A stretch of DNA of 64,000 nucleotides, taken from positions 128,001-192,000 of the forward strand of contig CAWVVV010000003.1 of the NCBI GenBank assembly GCA_963933835.1, given 5' to 3'. Position 1 is the first letter of the stretch; every line of letters begins with the position of its first letter. This document shows positions 1 through 9,614 of the stretch, one piece after another. The position numbers and the translations under genes are program-made. Under the pieces are notes generated by a model. That model did no database searches and was not told the origin of the DNA. It saw nothing but the letters and a program-made list of their open reading frames with translations. Source of the DNA: an uncultured Puniceicoccaceae bacterium (GTDB lineage Bacteria; Verrucomicrobiota; Verrucomicrobiia; Opitutales; Oceanipulchritudinaceae).

Positions 1-81
1 GAAGGAACGGCCTCGAAGGGTCAACGGAAATGCTCCTTCAGGCCATTAGGCGAGAAGCGGCGTAATCGCCCTCAATCGGCT

Positions 82-183
82 CTAAGCACCGTAGACGGCA
101 TCCGGCGTCGGAAGCGAACGGTTGATTTCGTCGAGGCGATAGCCAAACCCCGGCCCAGATATCGTTGAAAGATCGAGTTGCCC
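82..183 (-). pseudogene. Start-less 3' gene remnant (GQLDLSTISGPGFGYRLDEINRSLPTPDAVYGA*), possibly an enolase/mandelate-racemase superfamily C-terminus
   Basis: 33 open codons directly after the rdgB TGA in the same frame; GPGFG resembles the enolase-superfamily C-terminal PGLG motif (recollection, not searched). Confidence 0.35.
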
Positions 184-777
184 TCAAAACGCCCCAAGTA
201 GCCTTTGAAACGCCACCGCGCGGTGTGAGAGGCGTGCTTTCACTTTGGCTCCGAGTTCGGCAAATGACTGCTCGAAGCCATCTGGGCAAAACATCGGGTC
301 ATAGCCAAATCCACCTACGCCTGATAAAACCTCGGAAAGCCTACCTTTCGACGCCCCTTCAAAAACGAATTCTTCGCCCTCTGCATTCCGAACGACGAGG
401 ACGCAGACAAACTTTGCCCTCCGCTCATCAGCTGTCTTCCCCTCGAGAAGGGATAGAAGCTTAGTATTGTTCTCCGCATCGCTCGCACCCTCTCCGGCAA
501 ATCGCGCTGAGTAGATACCGGGCGCTCCATCAAGGGCATCGACACACAAACCACTATCGTCGGCCAAAGCCCAGTCTCCTGGCGGTAGGAGTTCAGCGAG
601 AGCGACTGCCTTCTTTCGTGCATTGCCGATAAAAGTTTCAGCATCTTCAACCACATCTGGCATACCTCCAACCGCATTTGCGGAGTGGAGCGCAAAGTCG
701 GCTTTTGCAGCCGTCGCCATCGCTTGGAGTTCTTCGAGTTTATGCGCGTTCCCGCTCGCGAGATAAAGCTGTCTCAT
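184..777 (-). CDS. rdgB: Non-canonical purine NTP pyrophosphatase (RdgB/HAM1)
   Basis: ASGNAHK, ADDSGLCVDAL, PGIYSARFAG, GFGYDP and SHR motifs. Confidence 0.93.
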   Translation of the reverse strand: MRQLYLASGNAHKLEELQAMATAAKADFALHSANAVGGMPDVVEDAETFIGNARKKAVALAELLPPGDWALADDSGLCVDALDGAPGIYSARFAGEGASDAENNTKLLSLLEGKTADERRAKFVCVLVVRNAEGEEFVFEGASKGRLSEVLSGVGGFGYDPMFCPDGFEQSFAELGAKVKARLSHRAVAFQRLLGAF

Positions 778-1880
778 TGTGGGTATTGAATGAAGCCACG
801 TGTCAAAAGATCAGCGCCAAAGGTCTCGCGCCGCAAGGAAGTGAGGTGGAGTGCATTTGACATCTCCGAGACCTGAAGTGTTTCACAACCCTTCCTTCCC
901 TGCCCATCCGCTAGAATCTTAGGGGCTTGGTAAGAAAATAAGTAATCGACTGATTTCGCTTCAAAGAAATCACCCCAGAGACCTCGTCCACCTTCGAGGT
1001 AGAGCCCACTCAACCCACGCTCTTTCAAAAGCTCAATAGTCGCATCCGGAGAATTGATTGCTCGAATTCCGACACCTTTCCCAGACCAGACCTTCGAGGC
1101 AGCCTCAATGAATTTCTCAGAGGTAAGATAAAACGTGTTCGTCGCCCATTTATCTGTAAACACCTGCCGCTCCGGCGTCTTCAAACAGAGACCCCTCCGA
1201 TCAAAAATAAAACGTGCCGGACACCATGGATCCAAACCATCCACACGGGACGTCAATTGCGGATCATCCGCAATCACCGTGCCCGCACCAACACCAATCG
1301 CGGGAAAGGCACGTCGCCATTGGGCAACATTCTGGCGGGCCTCTTCACCCGTAATCCACTTCGAATGCCCCGTCCGGGTCGCCGTAAATCCATCCAGAGT
1401 CATCGCCATTTTGGCCGCAACCAACGGGCGCTCATTCTGTATCCAGAAGTTAAAGACAAGGTTCAGGTCAGCAGCCTCGTTCTCCAGCACTCCCACTTGA
1501 ACGTCGATACCCGCTTCACGCAGTATTTCAAAGCCTCTACCCCCATGGGCTGGATTTGGATCCGTGGCCGCAATCACGACGCGCCGGATCCCACTGGAAA
1601 GAATCGCTTCCGTGCAAGGCGGTGTGCGGCCGTGCGTGCAGCAAGGCTCAAGCGTAACATAGAGAGTCGTGCCCTCATCGAGAGGAGCCCCGACTGCCCG
1701 CCAAGCCTCTAACACCATCACTTCTGCGTGGGCCAATCCAGGGCGCTGGGTGTGTCCGCTCGCAACCAAGCGACCATCATGAACGACAATCGCACCCACG
1801 GCAGGGTTCGGGTGACAGGCACCAAACGCCTTGCGCGCCGCTTCCAGCGCAACCTGCATCCACTGCTCGGCTTCACTCAT
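774..1880 (-). CDS. ribD: Riboflavin biosynthesis bifunctional deaminase/reductase
   Basis: PNPAVGA, HAE, TLEPCC..GRTPPC, KMAMTLDG and EGG motifs. Confidence 0.95.
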   Translation of the reverse strand: MSEAEQWMQVALEAARKAFGACHPNPAVGAIVVHDGRLVASGHTQRPGLAHAEVMVLEAWRAVGAPLDEGTTLYVTLEPCCTHGRTPPCTEAILSSGIRRVVIAATDPNPAHGGRGFEILREAGIDVQVGVLENEAADLNLVFNFWIQNERPLVAAKMAMTLDGFTATRTGHSKWITGEEARQNVAQWRRAFPAIGVGAGTVIADDPQLTSRVDGLDPWCPARFIFDRRGLCLKTPERQVFTDKWATNTFYLTSEKFIEAASKVWSGKGVGIRAINSPDATIELLKERGLSGLYLEGGRGLWGDFFEAKSVDYLFSYQAPKILADGQGRKGCETLQVSEMSNALHLTSLRRETFGADLLTRGFIQYPQ

Positions 1881-2536
1881 TTCGCTGGGCGGACATGAGG
1901 ATTTGAGGCCATTTCTCTTTCAACCGTCGTTGCTGGACCATGACCGGGACAGAGGACGGTTGATTCTGGAAGCGTGTAGATCTGCTCCTGTATTGACTTT
2001 TCGAGCACACTAAAATCTCCTAAAGGCAAATCCGTTCTACCGATACTGCCGGCGAAAATAGCATCTCCGACAAGAGCAATCCCTTGATCTTTCAACCAAA
2101 AAAGAAGGCTTCCGGGGCAGTGACCAGGCACATGCCTCACCTCAAATGACGTTCCGAGGAGATCGATCGTATCACCCCCATTGATCCAATGAGTAATCTC
2201 CATCGGCTTGAGATCGATCCCTGGCATCGCAAAGGATGCCATCTTTGCAGGGTCTTCAAAAAAGTGCTGATCTTCGCTATTCCCATAAATGGGTATTTCA
2301 TCAGCCATAAAACGCCAGCCATCAAGAAGGTGGTCCCAGTGTCCATGGGTCATGAGCAGAGCAACCAGTCGCACCCCTTTTTTCGCCAAAACCTTCGTCA
2401 CCTCATCATAAGCATCCAGCGGAGCGTCGACCAAGACAGCTTCAGATGTCTCAGGGTTCTGAATCAGGTAAGCGTTTGTCCCAATCGGCGGGAGTTCTAA
2501 TGCTTCAAAAGTTAACACGACAGCGAGGTTGAGCAT
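1877..2536 (-). CDS. MBL-fold metallo-hydrolase (glyoxalase II-like)
   Basis: THGHWDH, PGHCPG, GDAIF, GRTDLP and PGHG motifs; start uncertain. Confidence 0.9.
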   Translation of the reverse strand: MLNLAVVLTFEALELPPIGTNAYLIQNPETSEAVLVDAPLDAYDEVTKVLAKKGVRLVALLMTHGHWDHLLDGWRFMADEIPIYGNSEDQHFFEDPAKMASFAMPGIDLKPMEITHWINGGDTIDLLGTSFEVRHVPGHCPGSLLFWLKDQGIALVGDAIFAGSIGRTDLPLGDFSVLEKSIQEQIYTLPESTVLCPGHGPATTVEREMASNPHVRPAK

Positions 2537-2675
2537 GGTTGAGATGAAGACAAATTGAAACCGTCATGCTGTTCATGACCCCAAATCGCACCAAAAATGG
2601 AATAAACACGACGGATCAGGGTCACACTAGGTGGACGTAAAAAAGAATTCCCATTCTGACCGACATTCTACATTA

Positions 2676-3308
2676 ATGCTGCCAATGCGGTATCGTCACT
2701 TCCTCATACCCCTTCTAGCCGCGCTAACCGTCAGTCTATGCTACGGAGAGGTTTATCCCTTCGATCCAGCCCAGTCTACGGTTGAGGTTCTCGTCCCCAA
2801 GGCCGGGCTTTTGAGTTTCGTAGGGCATGAGCACTCCATTCGCACGGATTCTGTTTCCGGCAGATTAAACCTGAACGCTGATCAACCGGCACAAAACAGG
2901 GTCTCGTTCTCGATTCCGGTGACTTCACTCACCGTTCTGGATCCAAGCCTAGGCGCAGATGATCGCGCCACCGTAACCGAGCACATGCACGCAATTGACG
3001 TTCTTAACGCGGAATCATTTGGAACCATCTCCTTTACCTCTTCATCAGTAAAAGCATCGACCGATACGCGAATTAGCGTGCGAGGCACCCTCATTGTCGC
3101 CGGCCAAAAAGCCGAGATTAAGTTCGATGCAGACATCTACGAATTGCCCAATGGCGGCGTATCCGTGAAGGGCGAGACTACCTTGGAACTGGCGGACTTT
3201 GGTATTAAACCTGTTTCTGCCCTCGCTGGCGCCGTAAAGACAGGAAAGTCGGTGCAGATTAAATTTTTGGTCGCCACTCTCGCACCACAACAATCAAGAA
3301 CTCCCTAA
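2676..3308 (+). CDS. YceI-family secreted lipid/polyisoprenoid-binding protein
   Basis: Signal peptide, DPAQSTV, FGTISFTS, GTL and LADFGIKP pattern; start placed at ATG 2676 (2685 also possible). Confidence 0.8.
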   Translation: MLPMRYRHFLIPLLAALTVSLCYGEVYPFDPAQSTVEVLVPKAGLLSFVGHEHSIRTDSVSGRLNLNADQPAQNRVSFSIPVTSLTVLDPSLGADDRATVTEHMHAIDVLNAESFGTISFTSSSVKASTDTRISVRGTLIVAGQKAEIKFDADIYELPNGGVSVKGETTLELADFGIKPVSALAGAVKTGKSVQIKFLVATLAPQQSRTP

Positions 3309-3317
3309 TTCCCTGAA

Positions 3318-4226
3318 ATGTTGATACGACATCTCTTCATCCGCTCCCTCTCTCTGTTCCTCGTAGTTGGTTGCCATTACGCATACGCTCAAAACACTCC
3401 GGATGAAGTTCTCGAGTTCGATCGTCCCGAAGCATGGGCAATGCGCTACTTTGCAGGTGCTGCCCTGATGCAAGGGAACGCTGCCCCCATCGGACTAGAA
3501 AAAGGTCAATTATCACTCGGCACCGAAATCAGCAATCTGCCCTACATCTCGAAAGAAAATCGCGCCGTCGGTTTCTATGGAACCAAAGACGAAAACCTTA
3601 ACAAGTCACCTATCATTCTGCGTCCGATGGTGCACTATGGCATCCTCAAAGACTTATCCGTCACCGCGACCTACGTGCCCCCCATTGAGGTCTTCGATCG
3701 TTTGCGCACTCATATGGCGGGCGTATCCATTAATTACATCGCCTATCAAAATGAGAATTTCATCGTCCGGCTCCGAGCCTACGGACAGTGGACACAAGCT
3801 AAAGGCGACTTCACCGCAAGTGAAGATATTGCTGGGAGCACCGATCCCAACATTAACCCATTCGGCCTCGCGGAACCATCTAACGACACCTTCACCAGCT
3901 GGACATATACTTTTGAAGCGAGTTTCTTTTTGCGACTACCGATCAAGAACCCTACATATTGGTCCCTCAGTTTGGCCCGCAGCTATGCTGACCTAGATTT
4001 TGAAATCGATGCCGTCTACTTCGGCGGCTTCCACGAAAATCGCCATCAAGTAACCGATGGCTACATTACATCTGTCAGCACAGGTTTTGAAACCCAACTG
4101 ACTAAAAACCTGTCGACCTCCTTGATCATGGCATACGTCCCGCTCGACGTGCGACGCTCACAAGGTGCCGAACAACAAAACGACGCACTCTTAAATTTCC
4201 GATTAGCTTTCAACCTAAAGCTCTAG
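3318..4226 (+). CDS. Hypothetical secreted protein, probable outer-membrane beta-barrel
   Basis: Signal peptide; alternating hydrophobic strands, ends FRLAFNLKL. Confidence 0.6.
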   Translation: MLIRHLFIRSLSLFLVVGCHYAYAQNTPDEVLEFDRPEAWAMRYFAGAALMQGNAAPIGLEKGQLSLGTEISNLPYISKENRAVGFYGTKDENLNKSPIILRPMVHYGILKDLSVTATYVPPIEVFDRLRTHMAGVSINYIAYQNENFIVRLRAYGQWTQAKGDFTASEDIAGSTDPNINPFGLAEPSNDTFTSWTYTFEASFFLRLPIKNPTYWSLSLARSYADLDFEIDAVYFGGFHENRHQVTDGYITSVSTGFETQLTKNLSTSLIMAYVPLDVRRSQGAEQQNDALLNFRLAFNLKL

Positions 4227-4266
4227 TTGCCATAAGCTTTCCCTTCATCCTGCTACAACTCCTGAC

Positions 4267-5046
4267 ATGAAAACAGCTCGAAATCAAAACCTACGCCACC
4301 CCTGCGCTTCCGTCTTACTACAAGGCACTTGCGCCGCGCTCCTCGCAGCCGCCCTTCTGCCTCTAAATCTTGATGCGTTTTCTGGAACTCCGCCAACAGG
4401 CCGAACAGGGGCGCCTGGTAGCGCAGGCACCTGTGCAACATGCCACACCAGTGTTGGCTCAGGCACACTAGACCTTGATTTCTCAAACACTACCCTCACG
4501 TATGAGCCCGGTGAAACATACATGATTGATGCCAATATTGATGACGCTGGTCAGAAGCGCTTTGGCTTTTCCATGGTTGCTAGAACAGATAGCAACCCAA
4601 CCATCTCTACCGGGACGTGGACAGCAGGAAACGATTCTCAAGTCTATAACGGCGGCGACCACGTCGGACATCAAGACGCCCCTTTCGCAGATGATATCTA
4701 CACCTTTGGGCTTAGCTGGACCGCACCCTTGTCAGATGTAGGACCCATTACCTTTTTTGTAGCAGCAAACGCCGCCAACGGCAATGGTGCGAATCAAGCC
4801 GGAGACAATGTTTACCTTGAGTCGCTCACGATCAATCCAGCAACAGTCTCAGCGACGTGGGGTGGATATGATATTGTCGATGACGTTTGGATCGACACCG
4901 GTTCTTGGTTAGGTTGGCTGGCCCTCTTTGATACGAACGGTGGTGCCACTTGGGCCTACTCGCTGAACCTCGACAATATCTTTTACATCTCAAAAGAACT
5001 GGCGCCAAGCGACCCTGGAGTGTGGATATATACAACGCGTGAATAG
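4267..5046 (+). CDS. Secreted Reeler-like (choice-of-anchor V-type) protein with CxxCH motif and Trp-rich C-terminal tail
   Basis: TGAPG..TCATCH, YEPGETY, RFGF, WTAP and ANAANGNG motifs. Confidence 0.7.
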   Translation: MKTARNQNLRHPCASVLLQGTCAALLAAALLPLNLDAFSGTPPTGRTGAPGSAGTCATCHTSVGSGTLDLDFSNTTLTYEPGETYMIDANIDDAGQKRFGFSMVARTDSNPTISTGTWTAGNDSQVYNGGDHVGHQDAPFADDIYTFGLSWTAPLSDVGPITFFVAANAANGNGANQAGDNVYLESLTINPATVSATWGGYDIVDDVWIDTGSWLGWLALFDTNGGATWAYSLNLDNIFYISKELAPSDPGVWIYTTRE

Positions 5047-5072
5047 AACGTAATCACCCCGTCTTTTCTAGC

Positions 5073-5106
5073 AAAGGGTCGTGCGTTCATTCGCACGGCC
5101 CTCTTT
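5073..5106. terminator. Intrinsic terminator between convergent genes
   Basis: AGGGTCGTGCG/CGCACGGCCCT stem flanked by short A and T runs. Confidence 0.6.
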
Positions 5107-6205
5107 ACTTTGAAAGCGTACAGGAATGGGCAGTGAATCCAGCCCCAAAGCTCGTCAGCCACAACTGCGAAGGATTGACCGCGGCACGGGCGGGCGCCTT
5201 CCCCCAGTCACTGGGAAGGCTTACCGGTACATCCTTGTCGTGGTTTTTTAGATACGCACCCAGGGCAAACAAAACCGACGGACTGCTCATATTCCCGCCG
5301 TTTTCTAAAGCCCAAGCACTCTCCACGAAATCTTTTTGAGGAAGTTCCTCGGCAAGTGCCGCCAAAATCTGTCGACCACCCGCATGTGGTAGAATCTCAT
5401 AGGCGCTACCATTCTCTTCTTCGTGGCGGGACCAGAGCTTGGAGACCGCTTTGCCCGCAACCTCGGGAACACTACGAGCCAGTCGATTCTTTAGCTTTCC
5501 GCCATCGTTAACAAAGCGAAGGGCTTCTCGTTCTTCCGGCACGTGGATTGTGTCAAAATCACTGAATTGCCAGCTGTCTTCACTCGAGCTGACATCGTCC
5601 CCAGCTAAAATGACCGCTGCAGCACCATCACCGAAAAGACAGGCGCTGATGATCACATCACCTTGATCCTCTAAATAGAAAGCGGCGCTACATATTTCGA
5701 CGGCTACTACCGCAACTCGCGCTTTTGGGTTCATCGCACAGAAAGCAGCCGCAGAGCGAAGCGTCGGTATGGCCGCTCCGCAGCCCATACCAACCAAGTC
5801 TTGCAGATAAGCATCTCTCCGCAGTCCAAGCTGCTCGCTGACATGACTGCTCAGCCCTGGGCATAGATACCCTGTGCACGTGCAGACGAAAAGGGCATCA
5901 ACGCTGTCCACATCAAGGCCACTCTCTTCCAACGCCTTTGCGACAGCCTCGCTCGCAAGTTCAGGTGCAGCTTTTTCAAAGGCATGATTCAGTCCCTCCG
6001 CATCGAGCTTGAGTAATGCATCGATGTCATCGAGCGCGAAGTGTCGATAGTTCACGCCATTCTCGCGCAAAAGAAGTTTCTTCATCATCTGATTTGAGCC
6101 ATCACGCAGCGTTTTACTCAACGGCTGTCGCGCATAGATAGGCCACAAGTCTGACTGTTTGTATCGAGTTACTGGGACAACACAGGCGAGAGAAATGAGA
6201 TTCAT
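5105..6205 (-). CDS. Type III polyketide synthase (chalcone synthase-like)
   Basis: Catalytic triad contexts GMGC, HAGG and GNMSS; VEICS, LFGDGAAA and FGAGF motifs. Confidence 0.93.
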   Translation of the reverse strand: MNLISLACVVPVTRYKQSDLWPIYARQPLSKTLRDGSNQMMKKLLLRENGVNYRHFALDDIDALLKLDAEGLNHAFEKAAPELASEAVAKALEESGLDVDSVDALFVCTCTGYLCPGLSSHVSEQLGLRRDAYLQDLVGMGCGAAIPTLRSAAAFCAMNPKARVAVVAVEICSAAFYLEDQGDVIISACLFGDGAAAVILAGDDVSSSEDSWQFSDFDTIHVPEEREALRFVNDGGKLKNRLARSVPEVAGKAVSKLWSRHEEENGSAYEILPHAGGRQILAALAEELPQKDFVESAWALENGGNMSSPSVLFALGAYLKNHDKDVPVSLPSDWGKAPARAAVNPSQLWLTSFGAGFTAHSCTLSK

Positions 6206-6220
6206 AGAATAGAAATTCGA

Positions 6221-7261
6221 CTAGTGGGTAAGGTTGTAGAGAAGTTTCCAGGGAAAAACCGGTAAACGGCTCCCAGCGGCGCTTGCTCGCTGAAGAAAAG
6301 GATGCAGAAGAAAAGGATGCAGAAGACCTGCCCAGCGTAGCTTTCGCGAGCGCGCCGTCGCCTGCAAAGATTCGATCTCCGCACGCGCTTCGCACCAACT
6401 CAACGCGTTCCGACTATAGCCTATCAAGGGCTCAAGCGCAATCGCTGCAGACTCAAACGCCATCGCCATCCCATGTCCAGTAAAGGGGGGGATCATTCCA
6501 GCACCGTCACCCAGTACAAGCGCCTGTCCTGAGTGACGCGACCGGCTCATTGCAATACCTGCCGTCGCAGTCCGTGAGGCATCGATCACATCCGCACTCA
6601 TCAATCGTCGCCTCAAATGAGACAAGCCCACTGCCTCGAGGGCGCTTTCGATCGTCCTTCGATCTGCCGGTGCACAGGCAGATGCATTCAAGAGCATACA
6701 TACATTAGTTCGGCCATCTTCCACTTTGCTCATCCCGGCATAGGCGCGATGACCTAAGTGAAGCTCAAGGTCGGCAATCATCTCAAAACCACGGCAATGG
6801 ACTTTCAGGCCGAGCCACCCAGTTTCATTTCCTTTTGCAAGCGTTCCACGAGAAACTCCTGCCGTATCGATCCAGCCTTCTTCGGCTTCCCATTGAGTAA
6901 ATCTTTGGACGCCAACGCCTTCAATGAGCTCAACCCCTTCGCTCTTCGCTGCGTCTGACAATCGCTGATCCAGCAGCCAGCGTGATATACCCACGCCGGG
7001 CTGCGGAAGCTCCCGAGTGAAGAGACGCTTATCGCGAAAATACCACGCCGAGCTTCGATGCTCTAGGGCTCCCTCAAAGATTGGATTCAAATTGAGCTTC
7101 TCTCTCGTTGCAGTAGCCAATCCTGTGATAAATTCTCCGCACACCTTATGGCGCGGGTAGTGACTTTTCTCATACACTGTCACAGGAATATCCCTATGAG
7201 CAAGAGCCCACCCCAAGCTCAACCCCGCCAAGCCACCTCCGACGATCCTAATTGGGTTCAA
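6221..7261 (-). CDS. FAD-dependent oxidoreductase/monooxygenase
   Basis: IVGGGLAG, PRHKVCGE and GDGAGMIPPFTGHGM motifs. Confidence 0.88.
   Translation of the reverse strand: MNPIRIVGGGLAGLSLGWALAHRDIPVTVYEKSHYPRHKVCGEFITGLATATREKLNLNPIFEGALEHRSSAWYFRDKRLFTRELPQPGVGISRWLLDQRLSDAAKSEGVELIEGVGVQRFTQWEAEEGWIDTAGVSRGTLAKGNETGWLGLKVHCRGFEMIADLELHLGHRAYAGMSKVEDGRTNVCMLLNASACAPADRRTIESALEAVGLSHLRRRLMSADVIDASRTATAGIAMSRSRHSGQALVLGDGAGMIPPFTGHGMAMAFESAAIALEPLIGYSRNALSWCEARAEIESLQATARSRKLRWAGLLHPFLLHPFLQRASAAGSRLPVFPWKLLYNLTH
6292..6326. repeat. In-frame 15-bp tandem duplication (LLHPF x2)
   Basis: GAAGAAAAGGATGCA x2 followed by GAAGA. Confidence 0.8.
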
Positions 7262-7911
7262 GACTGGACCCTCTCAGCCACCATCCGGTAGCTCCCTCGC
7301 AGCGTCGTTGTGATTTCCCAGCGCCACGTCGTCGACGACAATCCAAGCAACACCGGCAATTCATTCCCTCGAAAGCCAGCTCGCACACTCACTTCAGCAT
7401 CATGTTTCGTCACCGCGTGCATCGCGAATAGAAACTCCGTCAGTCGTGATAGAATAATCGCTGTCTGGCTTCGTGCCGTCTCATTAAAAACCACTAAGCG
7501 AGCACGAGCGTTCAGTAATTCACCGAGTTTGAAAAGTTGTTCATCCTCGAACTGGTGGAGGATAAAGTTCCCTATAACAACATCTCCAATATCATCTAAT
7601 TGAAGATCTAAAAGATTTGCCTGCTGCCAGCGCCCATCCGACGGCCACTCATCTGGACGCCGGCATAGATCGACCCCTTTCAGGACCACACCCTTGCCAG
7701 CCCTCGCCAGAGAAGCACCAAAAGCTCCGTCGCCGGCAGCCCACTCAGAGACGCTGTCACTACGGATCAGGCGCCGATTGAGAACTTTTCGCAACCAGCG
7801 GTAGTTTCCCATCAAGAAATTGATCTTCCGCAAATCCCGTCGATTTGCCACCGCCCCCGGATCATCTTCTGGAAGAGAGTCCAGTTTTTCAGGCAGAACA
7901 ACGCGACGCAT
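7258..7911 (-). CDS. SAM-dependent methyltransferase associated with the type III PKS
   Basis: RRDLRKIN, EWAAGDG, NFILHQF and HDAEVSVRAGF motifs; 4-bp overlap with the FAD oxidoreductase. Confidence 0.8.
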   Translation of the reverse strand: MRRVVLPEKLDSLPEDDPGAVANRRDLRKINFLMGNYRWLRKVLNRRLIRSDSVSEWAAGDGAFGASLARAGKGVVLKGVDLCRRPDEWPSDGRWQQANLLDLQLDDIGDVVIGNFILHQFEDEQLFKLGELLNARARLVVFNETARSQTAIILSRLTEFLFAMHAVTKHDAEVSVRAGFRGNELPVLLGLSSTTWRWEITTTLRGSYRMVAERVQS

Positions 7912-8031
7912 AGAGGGTATCTACTCAAACAAGCTGGAACCGCAAACTTCGATGTATAACTGGGGCTAATCAACCCGTTGGCAGAAAAGAAAATTGCCAA
8001 GACCCTTAGCCGAGCCTGTTTTCGAGCGCTT

Positions 8032-9138
8032 ATGCAGGATAATACCTTGAAATTTGCCGTTCTCCCCGGCGACTACATCGGCCCCGAAGTCATGACCGCA
8101 GCACTCGATGTGCTCGAAGCTGCCCTCAAAGGCACTGACTATAAGACCGAATACAGCGAGTTCCACGTCGGTGGAGCCGCGATAGACACCACGGGCAAAG
8201 CCCTTCCAGAAGAAACCGTCGCGGGTTGTGAAGCCGCCGACGCTATTCTCTTTGGCTCTGTTGGTGGACCAAAGTGGGAAAGTCTTCCACCCGCCGAGCA
8301 ACCTGAGCGCGCATCGCTCCTACCCATCCGGAAGAAATTCTCCCTTTTTGCTAACATCCGCCCCGGCCTCCTCTACCAAGAGTTGACTGATGCCTCACCG
8401 CTCAAGACCAACCGCATCCCTGATGGCATCGACATCGTCTGCATTCGCGAGCTCACCGGTGGCATCTATTTCGGGCAGCCAAAAACCCGCCGTACGCTCG
8501 AAAACGGTGAAGAAGAAGCTATCGACACGATGGTCTACAAGACCTCTGAGATTGAGCGCATCGCTGAAGTCGCTGCCCAAACCGCCCTCGGTCGCGGTAA
8601 AACGGTCTGCTCCGTCGACAAAGCCAACGTCCTCACCACTTCCGTCCTCTGGCGCGAAACTGTGACTAAGTTCTTCGCCGAGAAATACCCAGAGATCACA
8701 CTCAGCCACATGTATGTCGATAACGCTGCCATGCAGCTCGCCCGCGATCCGAATCAGTTCGATGTCCTCTTTACCGAAAACATGTTCGGCGACATCCTCT
8801 CCGATGAGATGGGCATCGTCTGTGGCAGCCTCGGGATGCTCTGCTCCGCCAGCCTAGGTCTCGACAACAATCGCCATGACTTCAAATATGGTCTCTACGA
8901 GCCAGCCGGAGGCACTGCCCCCGACATCGCCGGCCAAGGCGTTGCAAACCCTTGTGCCCAGATCCTCAGCGCCGCGATGATGCTTCGCTACAGCTTCGGA
9001 CTCGAAGACATCGCCACTAAAATTGAAATCGCCGTTCGCTCCACTGTCGAAAGTGGAACCCGCACAGGCGACATCGCCTTTGGCGGCACAACCGTCGGAA
9101 CGGCGGAAATGACTAAAGCCATCATCAGCCGCCTTTAA
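8032..9138 (+). CDS. leuB: 3-isopropylmalate dehydrogenase
   Basis: GDYIGPEV, RELTGGIYFG, DKANV, ENMFGDILSD and GTAPDIAG motifs. Confidence 0.96.
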   Translation: MQDNTLKFAVLPGDYIGPEVMTAALDVLEAALKGTDYKTEYSEFHVGGAAIDTTGKALPEETVAGCEAADAILFGSVGGPKWESLPPAEQPERASLLPIRKKFSLFANIRPGLLYQELTDASPLKTNRIPDGIDIVCIRELTGGIYFGQPKTRRTLENGEEEAIDTMVYKTSEIERIAEVAAQTALGRGKTVCSVDKANVLTTSVLWRETVTKFFAEKYPEITLSHMYVDNAAMQLARDPNQFDVLFTENMFGDILSDEMGIVCGSLGMLCSASLGLDNNRHDFKYGLYEPAGGTAPDIAGQGVANPCAQILSAAMMLRYSFGLEDIATKIEIAVRSTVESGTRTGDIAFGGTTVGTAEMTKAIISRL

Positions 9139-9203
9139 GGAAAAGCATTCACCACGGAGACACGGATATTTCACCACGAATGGACGCGAATAACCGCGAA
9201 TTT
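9139..9203 (+). repeat. Left inverted-repeat arm of the GxxExxY cassette
   Basis: 9171-9202 matches the reverse complement of 9616-9647 at 27/32; 9139-9149 matches that of 9650-9660 at 10/11. Confidence 0.85.
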
Positions 9204-9578
9204 TCAGGAATCCTCGGGAAAGAGGTTTATGAGATTATCGGGTGTGCCTTTGAGGTGCACAACACTCTCGGTCATGGCCTTAAAGAAAAGCTCTACGAAA
9301 ACGCGTTATGTGTTGATTTTGGATTTGGGGACATCCTTTTCGAACAGCAAAAGATATTCAAAGTTCATTACAAAGGTGAACACATCGGCGAATTTGTTCC
9401 TGACCTAATTGTCCACGACACCATCATCATAGACGCCAAAACAATCGAGCGCATCACCGACATTGAACGTGGCCAAGTTCTCAACTACCTTCGTATCTCA
9501 GGCCTGCAAATCGGCCTCCTCATCAACTTCAAAGGCCCTCGCTTAGAATGGGAACATATCATCCTCACTACCACCTAA
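9180..9578 (+). CDS. GxxExxY protein (PD-(D/E)XK nuclease superfamily)
   Basis: IIGCAFEVHNTLGHGLKEKLY, PDLIV..IIIDAK, QVLNYL and GLLINF motifs. Confidence 0.93.
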   Translation: MDANNREFSGILGKEVYEIIGCAFEVHNTLGHGLKEKLYENALCVDFGFGDILFEQQKIFKVHYKGEHIGEFVPDLIVHDTIIIDAKTIERITDIERGQVLNYLRISGLQIGLLINFKGPRLEWEHIILTTT

Positions 9579-9614
9579 ACTATTCGCACCTATTCCCCAA
9601 TTAACAAGCCACTC

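Noticed and set aside
2537..2675. FMN riboswitch upstream of the ribD operon
   Set aside because: No RFN consensus visible.
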